Shown here piece after piece: positions 10,754-22,216 of a DNA stretch of 64,000 nt (position 1 is its first letter; each line of letters begins with the position of its first letter). The stretch comes from Adineta vaga (Eukaryota > Animalia > Rotifera). The notes beneath the pieces are model-generated. The model made no database searches. It had not been told where the DNA came from and saw nothing but the letters and a program-made list of their open reading frames with translations. Position numbers and translations under genes: made by a program. The DNA is taken from positions 9,362,001 to 9,426,000 of the forward strand of contig CP075496.1 in assembly GCA_021613535.1 (NCBI GenBank). The letters run 5' to 3'.

Positions 10754-12409
10754 TCAGAAGATACGACGGTTCATACAGGAATTGTTCAATAACCATTGGG
10801 ATAATTGACGACTTTGAAAAGGAAGAATATCATTGAAGTTAGCCGGTGATTCTAGAACATTCGGATCAAGAATAGAACGAAGATGATTTAAGGGTAAAAG
10901 TAAAGTTTGATCAGTAAAATGAAGTCGAATCAAATTTGCATCTTTATCCCATGTTATTAAACCATGTCGATACATATAATCAATAATATTATGATATTGT
11001 TCAAAACTGTTGTCGGATTGAATATTATTACCTGTTATTGATCCTAATGATTGAGATAAATCTTGTATACTGAAAGAAGATCGTTCGTCTGAAGTAACTG
11101 TCGATGATGATGGAATAATTGACGATGGTAGTTTTATATATTGATTATTATAGTATAGAAACCAATTATGAGATTTATCTTGTTTAATTTGTGCATTTTT
11201 AACTAGTAGATGAATAACGTCTTGTCGTTGAAATTGATTCTGTCGAATGAAATGACTATCTTCCAATGTGAAATTTAAATGACAACCGTCGGTTGGATTT
11301 TCCAACAAAACTAATTCAGACGTTTCATCCTGTTTTGCACCATCATTTTCGATAATTAAATCAACGTAGTATCGAATAAGATCATGTTTTTGTCTCATTG
11401 ATAAACTCAATGTTTTCATAGGTGTCGATGGTGTCATAATAGATGTTGTTGTAATTTTGTGAGTGTCTCGTAATGCATAGACTTCATTCATGAAAATAAA
11501 TGTATCTCGATCAATGATCCCACCATTTGCAAGAAGGATATCAATAATATAATCACGATCGAAATTATGCATTTCTGCTCGATAATACCAATGAACTGGT
11601 AGAACAAGATGATGATTCGGTTCATGAACAAATTCGACCATAATACGTTTATTTTGTTTATCGACATGAATTTGTCGAAGATGGAATGAAAGTAGATGAT
11701 GTTGTCTTCTACGTTCTGGTGATTTTGTTTTTTCATCAAGTAGAACATCCGGTTCAATATATCGATAAACATAAGTACCACTATCGATATCATATCGAAT
11801 ATGACCATTTTGAAAAAGATAAGTCGCTACAGTTCGCACATCTTCCGTTGGTGACATATGTTCATATGGAATAGATAATAATTGAGTCATTTCACCATCA
11901 AATAATTTTATATCAGTTTCATACGTTTGTGAATTAGGTCGAGCATCATGTATGATTGATATCAACCATTCTAATTCCTTACTATCCAATTTCATAGTAT
12001 AGGCCATAAATGATAGTTGTCCAGATAATTCTTTCACATAATCGAAATCAAGTAACATTTGAGCAATATCTATCATATTGATCATGTCTGCTTCATCACC
12101 ATTTATTTTAAGTTTGTCCCTTTTTGCTTTCATATAAGTATCAACATCATTACAATTGATGAAAATCTGTTGAGCTTGATCATTTTTACCACCAGGCATA
12201 ATTACAATATCATTTTGATCGGTAATTGTAATCAATTTTTCTTGATTCAATTGTTCTAACCATTGTGTTAGAATGTTAATATGATTTTCATCGACATTGC
12301 TTCTATCCAATGATATTGTTGATGGTTTATGATTATTTGATGTCAAATCGTGCTTTTCAGTGAATGATGATTGTAAAAACTTTTGTTTGAGACTTTTAAA
12401 CTTTGACAT
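10754..12409 (-). CDS. Uncharacterised protein with degenerate internal repeats
   Basis: Long ORF, first ATG (MSKFKSL) at 12409. Recurrent helix-'L.NG.I..D'-beta units. Confidence 0.75.
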   Translation of the reverse strand: MSKFKSLKQKFLQSSFTEKHDLTSNNHKPSTISLDRSNVDENHINILTQWLEQLNQEKLITITDQNDIVIMPGGKNDQAQQIFINCNDVDTYMKAKRDKLKINGDEADMINMIDIAQMLLDFDYVKELSGQLSFMAYTMKLDSKELEWLISIIHDARPNSQTYETDIKLFDGEMTQLLSIPYEHMSPTEDVRTVATYLFQNGHIRYDIDSGTYVYRYIEPDVLLDEKTKSPERRRQHHLLSFHLRQIHVDKQNKRIMVEFVHEPNHHLVLPVHWYYRAEMHNFDRDYIIDILLANGGIIDRDTFIFMNEVYALRDTHKITTTSIMTPSTPMKTLSLSMRQKHDLIRYYVDLIIENDGAKQDETSELVLLENPTDGCHLNFTLEDSHFIRQNQFQRQDVIHLLVKNAQIKQDKSHNWFLYYNNQYIKLPSSIIPSSSTVTSDERSSFSIQDLSQSLGSITGNNIQSDNSFEQYHNIIDYMYRHGLITWDKDANLIRLHFTDQTLLLPLNHLRSILDPNVLESPANFNDILPFQSRQLSQWLLNNSCMNRRIF

Positions 12410-13221
12410 GTGTCTTTGGAGAAGTTTCAGAATGAAAAATGTATCGTGCAATCAAACGTAACGATTTTAAATAAAATATGAGAGAACCTTCACCGTTATA
12501 GTTTATATTTATTTGATGTAAAAACGAGTTACGATTATATATACAATCATATATATTTCTTTTTTCGTTCGACAATCCAATAGCTCCTGTCTACGGTGCA
12601 ATGTGAATAAGGTGAAATAGAAAAAAAACAGTTTTTTTTCACCTATTCTGTTTTGCATTGATACTTTATGGCTGTCGTTAGTAACTATAAGTTGAATATT
12701 TTTGTTTGATTCTCTTTTCATTCCTGCCAATCATTGTTGACAGTGATTTAAGTACTTTGTCAAGGATAAATTTCAATTTTTGTTGACTGATAATCAACAA
12801 CAGAAAAATCCGTGATTATGCTTATACAAAAACGTATCAATTTGTTTAAATGACACTGCATAAATGAGAATTTTCCTTTTAAATCATCAGCTTTTTCTCC
12901 ATCTCTTTATACATCTATATTTAATCCACTTACTCATTACAGGATCGAAAAAACACTATTGATGTAATATTGCTCTTTTTAAAATGAGTTCAAATGTTTT
13001 CTTCCTTGGAAATTTCGATGCTACCACCTTAATCTCTCAATCGATTCTACATGAGTAAAACAAGTAAATAACGAATCATACTATTTCCAGGCAACGAGGC
13101 GTCATGAAAAAAAGAATTTTCCAATTTAATTTCGTTCACTTTTGTATATTATATAAACGATGTAAATTCGATAGTAGTGTATTATTTGCGTGATATATTC
13201 CTTTCATTTGAAACAATTGAC

Positions 13222-13677
13222 ATGGCACAATCACTTACGATTTTTATCATTTTTCTCTCAGTTCTATGCGTTTGATCGAGTAATAATACAACAATTATAA
13301 ACGGGACTCATCCTACCAAAATAAATAGTCGTGGCGTTGTTAACGTTACTTGTACAACATCACAACAATGTGGTTCGCATGGTCAATGCAGTTCAACATT
13401 ATTTATCTGTGAATGTAACAAAGGTTACACAACAAATAATTACACACAACCATGTGAATATGAACAGAAATCAAAAGTTACAGCGATTTGTTTATCAATC
13501 TTCTTTGGAGGTTTCGGTGCTGATTGGTTCTATCTGAATGCTGGATATTCTGGCTATATTGTTGGAGGCGTTTTTAAAATATTAATCTTAGGAGGTGGAG
13601 GAATATGGTGGATTGTGGACATATTTCGCATTGGATTCAATGTTTTTCTTGATGGACAAGGTATTCCTTTAGTGTAA
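13222..13677 (+). pseudogene. Signal peptide + EGF-like + TM2-domain protein with one in-frame TGA (codon 18)
   Basis: MAQSLTIFIIFLSVLCV*SSN…CTTSQQCGSHGQCSSTLFICECNKGY…PCEYEQKSKVTAICLSIFFGGFGADWFYL…GVFKILILGGGGIWWIVDIFRIG…DGQGIPLV*. TGA at 13273-13275. Missed by the ORF track. Confidence 0.85.
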
Positions 13678-14066
13678 TGCTGATACAAAAATTAGCCTAC
13701 AGTCTTATTTCAAAAACATTTAAGAATGAATTGCTCAAAAATTTTGTTTTTCATTTTTATTCTCAGAATGCAGAAATTTATGCGTGATATTTTTACCAGA
13801 TTTTACCAGAAAACTAACAATTTGTGTATAAATTTACACTTCTTTTTTTCAAAAAAACTGCGTGCTCTTTTAACAAAATAGTTCTCATGATTAACGTCAA
13901 AATAATTTTTCTCTTCAAATAAAATTCCGAATAAACATATCAATTTTTTACGAAACATTCAAAAGTTTTACTTTTATTTTATCTTGAGAATAACAACAAC
14001 AACAAACTTCACATGAATAGCTCAAGTTAGTTTTCTAAAACAGTTTTAAACTTTTTAAAAAAAGTA

Positions 14067-15107
14067 TCATTTATCACGGAGTAGTTTCTTTCCTTCTGTC
14101 TGAACATATTCCATTTGTTTGGGTATAATAAAACATAATGTCCAAAAACTTTTTATAAAAAACTTCAACGTTTGAGTCATTGAACCCCATTTTATTACTC
14201 GTAGATCATTATTTGCTTTCTTTTCAATATTATCCGATGGAAATTGTAAAACTGGTTTCTTCTTTATATCATCAGTAAATACGAATTGCAATGGATATAA
14301 AAGAATTGAAAATATAAACCAAAATATATTTCGAATCATCGGAGGAGTTCTTTTCGGTCGATTTTCATACAGACGTTGGGCGTTTGGTTTATAATTTTTG
14401 TTTGGATCATGTAATGCTCGTATACGATCACCATAATCAAATATCATTCGATATTTTTCATAAATAGCTTCAACAAATCTTAATGGATAAATTAATGAAG
14501 TTAATGTTAAATCAGCAGCTGTAAATTGATTACTAAATAAATATTGTTTTCCTTGTAGATCATTTTGTATTTCATCGAGAACACAAATTGTTTTTTCGAA
14601 AATATTTTCTTCTTTAATTCGATCAATTCCAACTCGACCAATGATAATACACGAACCAGCTAAACCACGAAAATAAGATTTCCAATCGTTACATGACTGT
14701 TTATCAAATTGATGATCAAGAAATACAGATAAAATTCCTGGATGTTCACTAATAATATGAAGATAACCTAAACGTCGAGAATATAAACCTAATTCACTAT
14801 CTAATTTCAAACAGTATCGAGTAATTTCATCTTTTGTATTTGCTGGAAATAATTTTGTCTTAGTTCCATAACGTTCATCAAGATAAAGTAAAATTGGTGT
14901 TGAATCAGAAATAAAAAATGAATTATTATTTGGATCTTCAATAAGTGGTGTTAACTTTTTTACTTCTCGTGGCGCTTTTTGATATCCAGGTGTTTGACGA
15001 CCAGTATAATTGCTTGTTTCATATGGTAATGAATAAAAATCTAATGCCCACCGTATTTTATCACAATAATGTGAAAATGGAATCTGATATAAAACAATTG
15101 GTTGCAT
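14067..15107 (-). CDS. Glutathione S-transferase family protein (bacterial-like) with C-terminal hydrophobic extension
   Basis: LYQIPFSHYCDKIRWALD, TPLIED, ISDSTPILLYLDERY and YLFSNQFTAADLT motifs. Intronless. Confidence 0.88.
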   Translation of the reverse strand: MQPIVLYQIPFSHYCDKIRWALDFYSLPYETSNYTGRQTPGYQKAPREVKKLTPLIEDPNNNSFFISDSTPILLYLDERYGTKTKLFPANTKDEITRYCLKLDSELGLYSRRLGYLHIISEHPGILSVFLDHQFDKQSCNDWKSYFRGLAGSCIIIGRVGIDRIKEENIFEKTICVLDEIQNDLQGKQYLFSNQFTAADLTLTSLIYPLRFVEAIYEKYRMIFDYGDRIRALHDPNKNYKPNAQRLYENRPKRTPPMIRNIFWFIFSILLYPLQFVFTDDIKKKPVLQFPSDNIEKKANNDLRVIKWGSMTQTLKFFIKSFWTLCFIIPKQMEYVQTEGKKLLRDK

Positions 15108-16042
15108 GCTGAATGTTTGCTTTTAGAATTTGTTGTTTTGGTAATATAAGATATTCAATATTAAAGAGCTATGATGATATGATAGAAACTCGACAAAATA
15201 AAGGCTCGATGATGTTACATTCATCAAAGATAAAATTTTATAGCAAAAAATAGACTTATTTGTGTGTTTTTGCAAGAAATAAGATATCTTTTTTATTCGA
15301 TGATTTTGCTCAAATATGAAATGAAATCTGTTATAGAGGGCATTAGTTTCCTAGACATCTGTTATTTATCTCGTCTAATGTTAAATAGATGTCTTTTGAA
15401 ATTCACTTACTAGTTAAAATAAACTTTATATTTAATAGTCGTAAAACTTCCTTTTACTTATTTTTATCTGACAAGTATAGAAGAAACAATTATGTGATTG
15501 ATATTTACGCACATATTGTGCAAAACCATTTCTTATTGTTGAGTGCACACAGGAATGTTTTTCTTCGGAAAAAAGTATGTTGATGCAAGACTTGCAACCA
15601 ACAAAGCGTTTTTCTCGAGAGTCATTTTCTCTAGTAATTATATATGGTAAATATGCAGCGATATTCTCTTTTTTCTCAAACTTCAAAAAAAATATTTTAC
15701 TAAAAACAATTTTTTCAATGAAAAACAAATTTGTGAGAAGAATGTTTGAAAGTGTACTGACGATTATAACTGCTAATAATATAGTCATTAGGAAAAAACC
15801 AATTTTAATAGAATAAGTTTCGATTTAAGTATAGTATTAAGATTACAAAAATAAAGCTTGATAGATATTTTTTGCAATTTTTTATTCAGTTTCTACAGTA
15901 AGTTCATAATCATTGAAAAGCTAATAGAATATAACGCAAATAAGCGTGATGTTGCAATTATAGTTTTGTACATTTTAAAATTTCTCTATAGTTCATATAA
16001 TTTCTATAATAGATTATTCTGTTTTCTTCATTCAAACGAAAA

Positions 16043-18018
16043 ATGGCAACTTTGCTAACTTTTTCTGATCTACCGGATACTGTGATTCTTGATATAATGG
16101 AATATTTATCTCCCATTGATGTGTACCGAGCAATGCATGGTATCAATAATCGATTGGATAATATTATTCGATATGGTACGACTCGTATCAATCTGTCAAA
16201 TATAGAATCAAAACAAGATTTTGATTATCATATGGAACATATCTTGCCTGATGTTACTACCAGTTTGCGTTTTTTAAAAGCAGCAAATAATTTCTTATTC
16301 GACCAAGAACAAGGTCATAGTGATTCAAGACAACGACCAGTTATGTTTGGTATCATTAAAAAAGTTCAGGCAAAACTAAAGTTGGCTACGTATGAAAAAT
16401 TAGAAGAATTATCATTGAAAAATGTCAATGGTACTCAATTAAAACTCATTTCAGATGAAATAGGCAATATGTTTCAGTTGAAACGTTTGACCATTTCTTT
16501 TTATGGGACAACAGCTGATTTTTGCGCTTCATTATTGAGCAATGCTGTTATACGATCAAAATTAACAACATTGGATTTATTTCTAACTGATGCTAATGCA
16601 TCTTTTCCAAATATTCCTTCGACACACATCCTTCCCAATCTTGATCATCTAACGGTAAATGCTTGTATAATTGGAAATGCTGCCGTATTATGTAGAATGG
16701 TTCCAAACATAAAATATTTGAGTATATGTATTTGGAATTTTCCTAATCAACGTCCAACAAATTCAACAGAAACATTTATACTGACGAACTTGACATATCT
16801 AAAATTAAAACTAGATGAAGTAAGATGGAATTTTGCAGAAAATTTTTTAAAACAATGTGGTCAAAATGTGAAGCATTTAACGTTCAAAGGTAGGATATGG
16901 TAACTGCTAGAGTTTATGTTTGGAACAGGTAATATATGTTTGAGTTTTCTCTCTCATAATTCACGTTATCCTTTCACTTCATTCAATATTTGAAAGAAGA
17001 AATCTGTTTGACTATCACCATTGATTGACCTCACTATCTCTTCTTCAATTATTAATCGAATAATTTTATGTATTTTTCTAGCGAGTGATGATTTCGTATT
17101 TATCGATGCAACTAAGTGGGAAAATTTAATGACAAATCATATGAAAAACTGATAAAATTTCATTTTCATATTTCATTATGGGATGCATCGATTAATGACA
17201 TTAATTTGGAACCATTCAACTCAGAGTTTTGGTCTCAGCTGAATGTTCATGTTGCATGTGATTGGATGAAAGGTTCATTCGAGGAAGATGGAGATATTAT
17301 TGATGTTTATACTGTACCATTCTGTCTATCTTCTTTTCGGACTGGAATATCGTCAATTAATATTGTATCTCCATCGATAAATAGACCCTATGAACGCATT
17401 AAAGGATTAAGTATTCTTATGAATGAAGAACCAATTCATGATACAAAACGTTTTTATAAAAATGCTGATTCAATTACATTAACTTGTATCATGTGGCATA
17501 GCAATAATGTATTATCTTTCCTAAATATGTCTGTTCATTGTGATACTATTCGTCACATCGGATTTTCATCTGTCTGCGCGGTATTAAAGCCTCAAGTTTT
17601 CTATCACCTATTACAACTATGTCCAAATCTATATTCAATGAGAGTACATGCAAGAATACTCAATGATATGACTACTAAATTTACGGATAATCAAACTTGT
17701 TTACTTTTAAATAAAATGATTAAACATATAGAATTCAATACTAATCCGAATGAAGACGATTTCGATGAACAAACGATGAAACGATTTGTGGCAACATATG
17801 GTAGCCTTGAACGAATATTAATTCATATGAAATCGCCAGATAATATACTAAGACAATTAACTATAATGATCAATAGTATGAAAGTACTGAATAAAATATT
17901 TATTCAAACAGTCAACAATTTACCACATGGATTTATTGATCAATTGAAAGAAGCAATCCCTGATTTGAAAGAATCGTATATACGTAAAGAAAAGTCATGT
18001 CTATTCATTTGGCGTTAA
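16043..18018 (+). CDS. F-box/LRR-like protein, 2 exons, with a 1-nt frameshift in exon 2 (pseudogene or assembly error)
   Basis: F-box LTFSDLPDTVILDIMEYL. Exon 1 16043-16889, intron 16890-17081. Exon 2 reads ASDDFVFIDATKWENLMTNHMKN*; one extra A in the A5 run 17144-17148 restores MKKLIKFHFHI and joins ORF 17116-18018. Confidence 0.82.
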
Positions 18019-18231
18019 ATAATTCTGTGAATTGATTTAATTTTTTTTATGTTTGATGTAAACTTCAACATTATTTTCTTCTGTTTATCAATTGAAATAT
18101 ATTTAACTATACAGTAACTGGTTCGATTCATTTAAAACTATAGAATAAATTTTTCAAAGAGATCACCGCGCAATTATAATTCATATCTCTAGAAATACAG
18201 AACACTCGTATATATCGAGAAAGATATTGTT

Positions 18232-19117
18232 TTAATAGCGAAGAAATTTTTGTATTCGATAGTTATTTGAATCATTAACATAGAAATTAAGTTGACCGTT
18301 AAGTTCCACACCCTATGTTCGACTAAACAAAGTAGAACTATTGTTATTGCTTCCGTTTTTCCAACCATAAATAATTGGATACGATGATTCTTTCTGTCTG
18401 CTATACATATATATATATATATTTCTCATAGGATTAAGTGTATTAAAATAAGGTAAGATAACGTTGTTGATATATTACCTGAAGTGGTATTTGAACTGCC
18501 AGCTAAGAAGGACAAACTATGTGTACCTAATATCCATCGAACGATACTGAAAGCGTAGTGATTCATAATAAAACGACTGGACAATGAATCAAAGTACAAT
18601 CCAACGAGAAAACCTAATTGTTTGATAAGCATTCCATTTCCATTTCCACCTGCGACAACGTTTCCAAATGATTCATTCTGTGGAAAACTTATCACACGAT
18701 GATGACTATAATCAACGACATATAGTGTGCCAGTGCTAGTATCATGTCCAATACCGTATGGCGTTGATAATTGAGTATTTGCAGTACCAAACCCAGCAAT
18801 TGTTGCTCCGAATGCTGTACCTTTCTTTCAAAACTGAATTCGATGATTTTCTGTATCTAATACATAAATGTTTCCGTTTGAAGCGATCTCGAAATCAGAC
18901 GGCTTGTCGAGTAACTTGTAGTTGGGTTTAATGTTCCATCGTAGCACAGGTTCAAGCTCTCAAAACTTTAATTAATTTTGATGAAGTAAAAATGACTAAA
19001 GAAACTACTCGTATTTATCTTGGCATTTGACTTAGTTTTGCTCATAATAGCTACTAAAATCACACTAATGATTATTACGATCATGAGAACAATGAAAAGC
19101 GATAGGATGATACGCAT
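18232..19117 (-). pseudogene. Degraded secreted NHL-repeat (beta-propeller) gene
   Basis: Signal-like MRIILSLFIVLMIVIII. NHL motifs GNIYVLDTENHRIQF*KKG, LSTPYGIGHD…LYVVDYSHHRV, VVAGGNGNG, YVADRKNHRIQLF and FYVNDSNNYRIQKF. Internal stops and frameshifts. Confidence 0.8.
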
Positions 19118-19657
19118 TCGTGCATAACAACTACAAGAAATTATCTTAGTATATAAACGCTCAATTCAGATAGGTACTTTTTTTTCGCTTCTTCTTTCGT
19201 TTGATCGATCGATGATGATCTCTGATTGTTTCCTTTCCATCTGATCATATTTCCTTTATCCTCATATCGGAAGGAATCGTCACAAACCATATTCTAATAT
19301 CAACATCTATGTTGGCTTTCAAAAATAAAAGAAAAATAAAGTACCATCTTTAAAGATCGATGTCGTTTTTCTATACTTCTCATAACATTCTGCTTATCAT
19401 TGCGACAACGTTCGATTCCTATTTTCATAGATAAAATGTCAATTAGAAAATGGTCAATGCATAAAACTAATCTGTTGCACTCTCGTTGAATGATTTAATT
19501 TATGTTTGTTTGAGGAAGATCTGATTGCCACATCCTCACATTTGCCGATAATGATACTATGGTGAATAGACTTTCTTCATATTAAATGATCGATATTGGT
19601 TTTGAGAAAAATGCATGAATATTCATAGACTAAAAAATGATGTATTGATATCAAAAG

Positions 19658-21228
19658 TTATTCTGGTGAGGACACGGGTGGTCCAGTGAAATGTTTTCTT
19701 CCCCAGAAAATATACCAAAGAATGCTGATAGTGGCAAAAAATACGAATAAAGCACTAGCATAGTTCATAGTCGAAGCATTTACTGGTATTGAAGTTGGCA
19801 TTGTAAATATGACAATAGCCAAGAGAATCCAAATGATTGTTGCTGTATTGATAATGTAGCCAAATTTACCTAAATGAAAAGGAGCACCATTGACTAGATA
19901 TCTTCCTCGTACAACAAGTACAAAAACAGGTAATGCATAAGATGTTGAAAGACATATAGTAGCAACACCTGTGAATGCGTTGAAGGCAGCTGATGAACCA
20001 AGATAAATGAGACCGAGAAGACCTTGAATTAATGTTGATAATAGTAAAGATTAAGTGGAATAGCATAGTGTCTGTTGATTTTTGACCACATCGTCGAACC
20101 TGGTACTGCTCCATCTCGACTAAATGCATAAAGACATCGTGAAGCAGCTGTTAGAGAACCAATACCAGCAAAAAATTGAATACCAAGAATAAGACATAAG
20201 AGACCAAATCCACCAGCTGCTGAACCTGTAGCCGTCATGAAGAGATAACCAATAGGTTGACCAGTTGACACGGTAAGTAATTTATCAACATCAGGCATAA
20301 CGAAAAGGATAGGAATCAGATAAACGACACCAGTTATACCTGCAGCGACTACAGAAAGAACCATAGCTTTTGGTACTTCTTTTTCTGGATTTTGAACTTC
20401 TTCACACATGGCTGCAACCATGCCATAACCCGTAAGAGTATAAGCAGATTGTAGTAATCCGACAAAAAATGCCCATCCCGGTGGCCACCCAGCTCGTGTT
20501 GCATCAAATTCTGTAAATACATACCTAGCATTTCTTCGTCCTCCTTTTGCCATTGCCAATACAGTAATAAGAATAATTATAACCGATGCGCCTGTCCAAT
20601 AAACACAGATAGTATTAATAAAACTTAAATGTTTTGCAAACCAAATATTTACAGATAAAGCTACAAGTAGCACAGCCCAATACATAAGTAGAACATGCCA
20701 AGCAGCAGGAGTATAAGTCTCGTTCCATAGTCCAATAGCTGAGAGTATAAGTTGTCCACCAGAGAAACAGATCGATGTGGTTACAGTCCAATTTCCAACG
20801 AGACCTAACCATCCTGTTATCCAAGAGGTAATCGGTGCCCATTTCTTATTTGCTAACATTGCTGACCAATAATAAACACCTCCTGATGTTGGATATGCTG
20901 AACAGATCTCTGCTAAACTCGCAGCAATACATATGGAAATCATTGTAAGTAATATCCAGCCATAGAGAATTGTAACTGGACCACCATCAGTAAGACCAAT
21001 ACTTAAAGTAGCTGATTCACCGAATGGAACAGCCATAATCGCAAAGGAAAGTCCAAGTACAGAGAAAAAAGATAACGAACGTGGTAATTCAGACTTATAA
21101 CCCATAGCAGCAAGTTTTGCATCTGCTTCTTGAGTTACAATTTCTTGTTGATGATCTATTGTTATATGAGAAGAATTATTTCCATCAATAGTGGAAGTCG
21201 ACGATTCTTGACAAGTAACCGAAGTCAT
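19658..21228 (-). CDS. Fungal-type amino acid permease (APC superfamily, GABA/choline transporter-like), with a 1-nt frameshift at ~20048
   Basis: LAAMGYKSELPRSLSFFSVLGLSF, SLAEICSAYPTSGGVYYW and ASRCLYAFSRDGAVP. After IPLN the family C-terminus continues in another frame (LLLSTLIQGLLGLIYLGSSAAFNAFTG…MNYAS…WGRKHFTGPP) to TAA 19660-19658. Intronless. Confidence 0.9.
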
Positions 21229-22216
21229 TGAGTTTATAATAGTACAAACTAAGATTTATCTACTAATAGGTTATCTGAAATCATTTTTTATTATTTTCAT
21301 TATGTTACACTAAGAACTATTTGAAATATAGATGCTGTGATGTACAGTAGACAAGACAAATATTCATACTTCGAAATTAATCTCATCGTATGTATGTCTT
21401 AAGGGTGATAATAAAAAGTGAATATACTTACAGTACGCGTGCATAATAAAACAAATATATATACATTTCTTTTATGTTTCAATGTGATTTTATTCATACC
21501 ATTAAACATTATCAAATGAAGATAAGAAATACAACAGAATTTTATATGAGACCATTTCTTTTTCATTATTTCAACTTGATTCTTAATATAACAAAAATAC
21601 AGCGTGTAAACCTTTTCTATACCGTTGATATTAAATATAAAGACCACATGACGGAAGAACGTATTCGTTTCTTCTTCATTTAAGAATAACTCAATAAAAC
21701 TATAATATATGGAACGAAACAAATAAGAAAAAAGACAAGAATATATCGTAGTTAACTTTAACTCATTATAAATACTTGCCCAAATAAAACTTCATTGATG
21801 TCTTGTTAAGCATGAAAGATAATATGCACCAGCGTGTTTTTAGTCACGTTCTAAAAATCAAATAGAATATAATAATTACATTACTTACGATGTAAGAATT
21901 TATCGAAATATACCTATAGTAAATTTGCGTCTTATTTAGTTTGAAAGGTTTAGATTAGAGGTAAACAGAACGAAAAAGAAAAAAAAATCTTTTCTTTCTA
22001 TTTATCTGACGATTCCTTTTATTCACGTGTGCTGTTGTCCCATAACGGGTAAGTGATTAAATCATTTTTGCTTCAAATGCATTGATTTCTTTTTTTTTTA
22101 CCCATTAAACTAGTTGAATGTATATTCACACTGATATAAATAGGAAGATTCTACATATTTATACTTTTACATATGAAAACAGACTCACACCGATTTATTT
22201 TTCTTCTTTTTTCTAG

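Noticed and set aside
13331-13537. 68-aa ORF from the track
   Set aside because: Out-of-frame overlap with the EGF-TM2 reading frame.
15389-16191. Several overlapping 60-120 aa ORFs (similar ones at 21399-21722, 43959-45155, 50650-50907, 58066-58287)
   Set aside because: F/I/K/N-rich chance ORFs in AT-rich intergenic DNA, or antisense to real genes.
19866-20129. 87-aa ORF as a separate gene
   Set aside because: Off-frame overlap of the frameshifted permease; no independent support.
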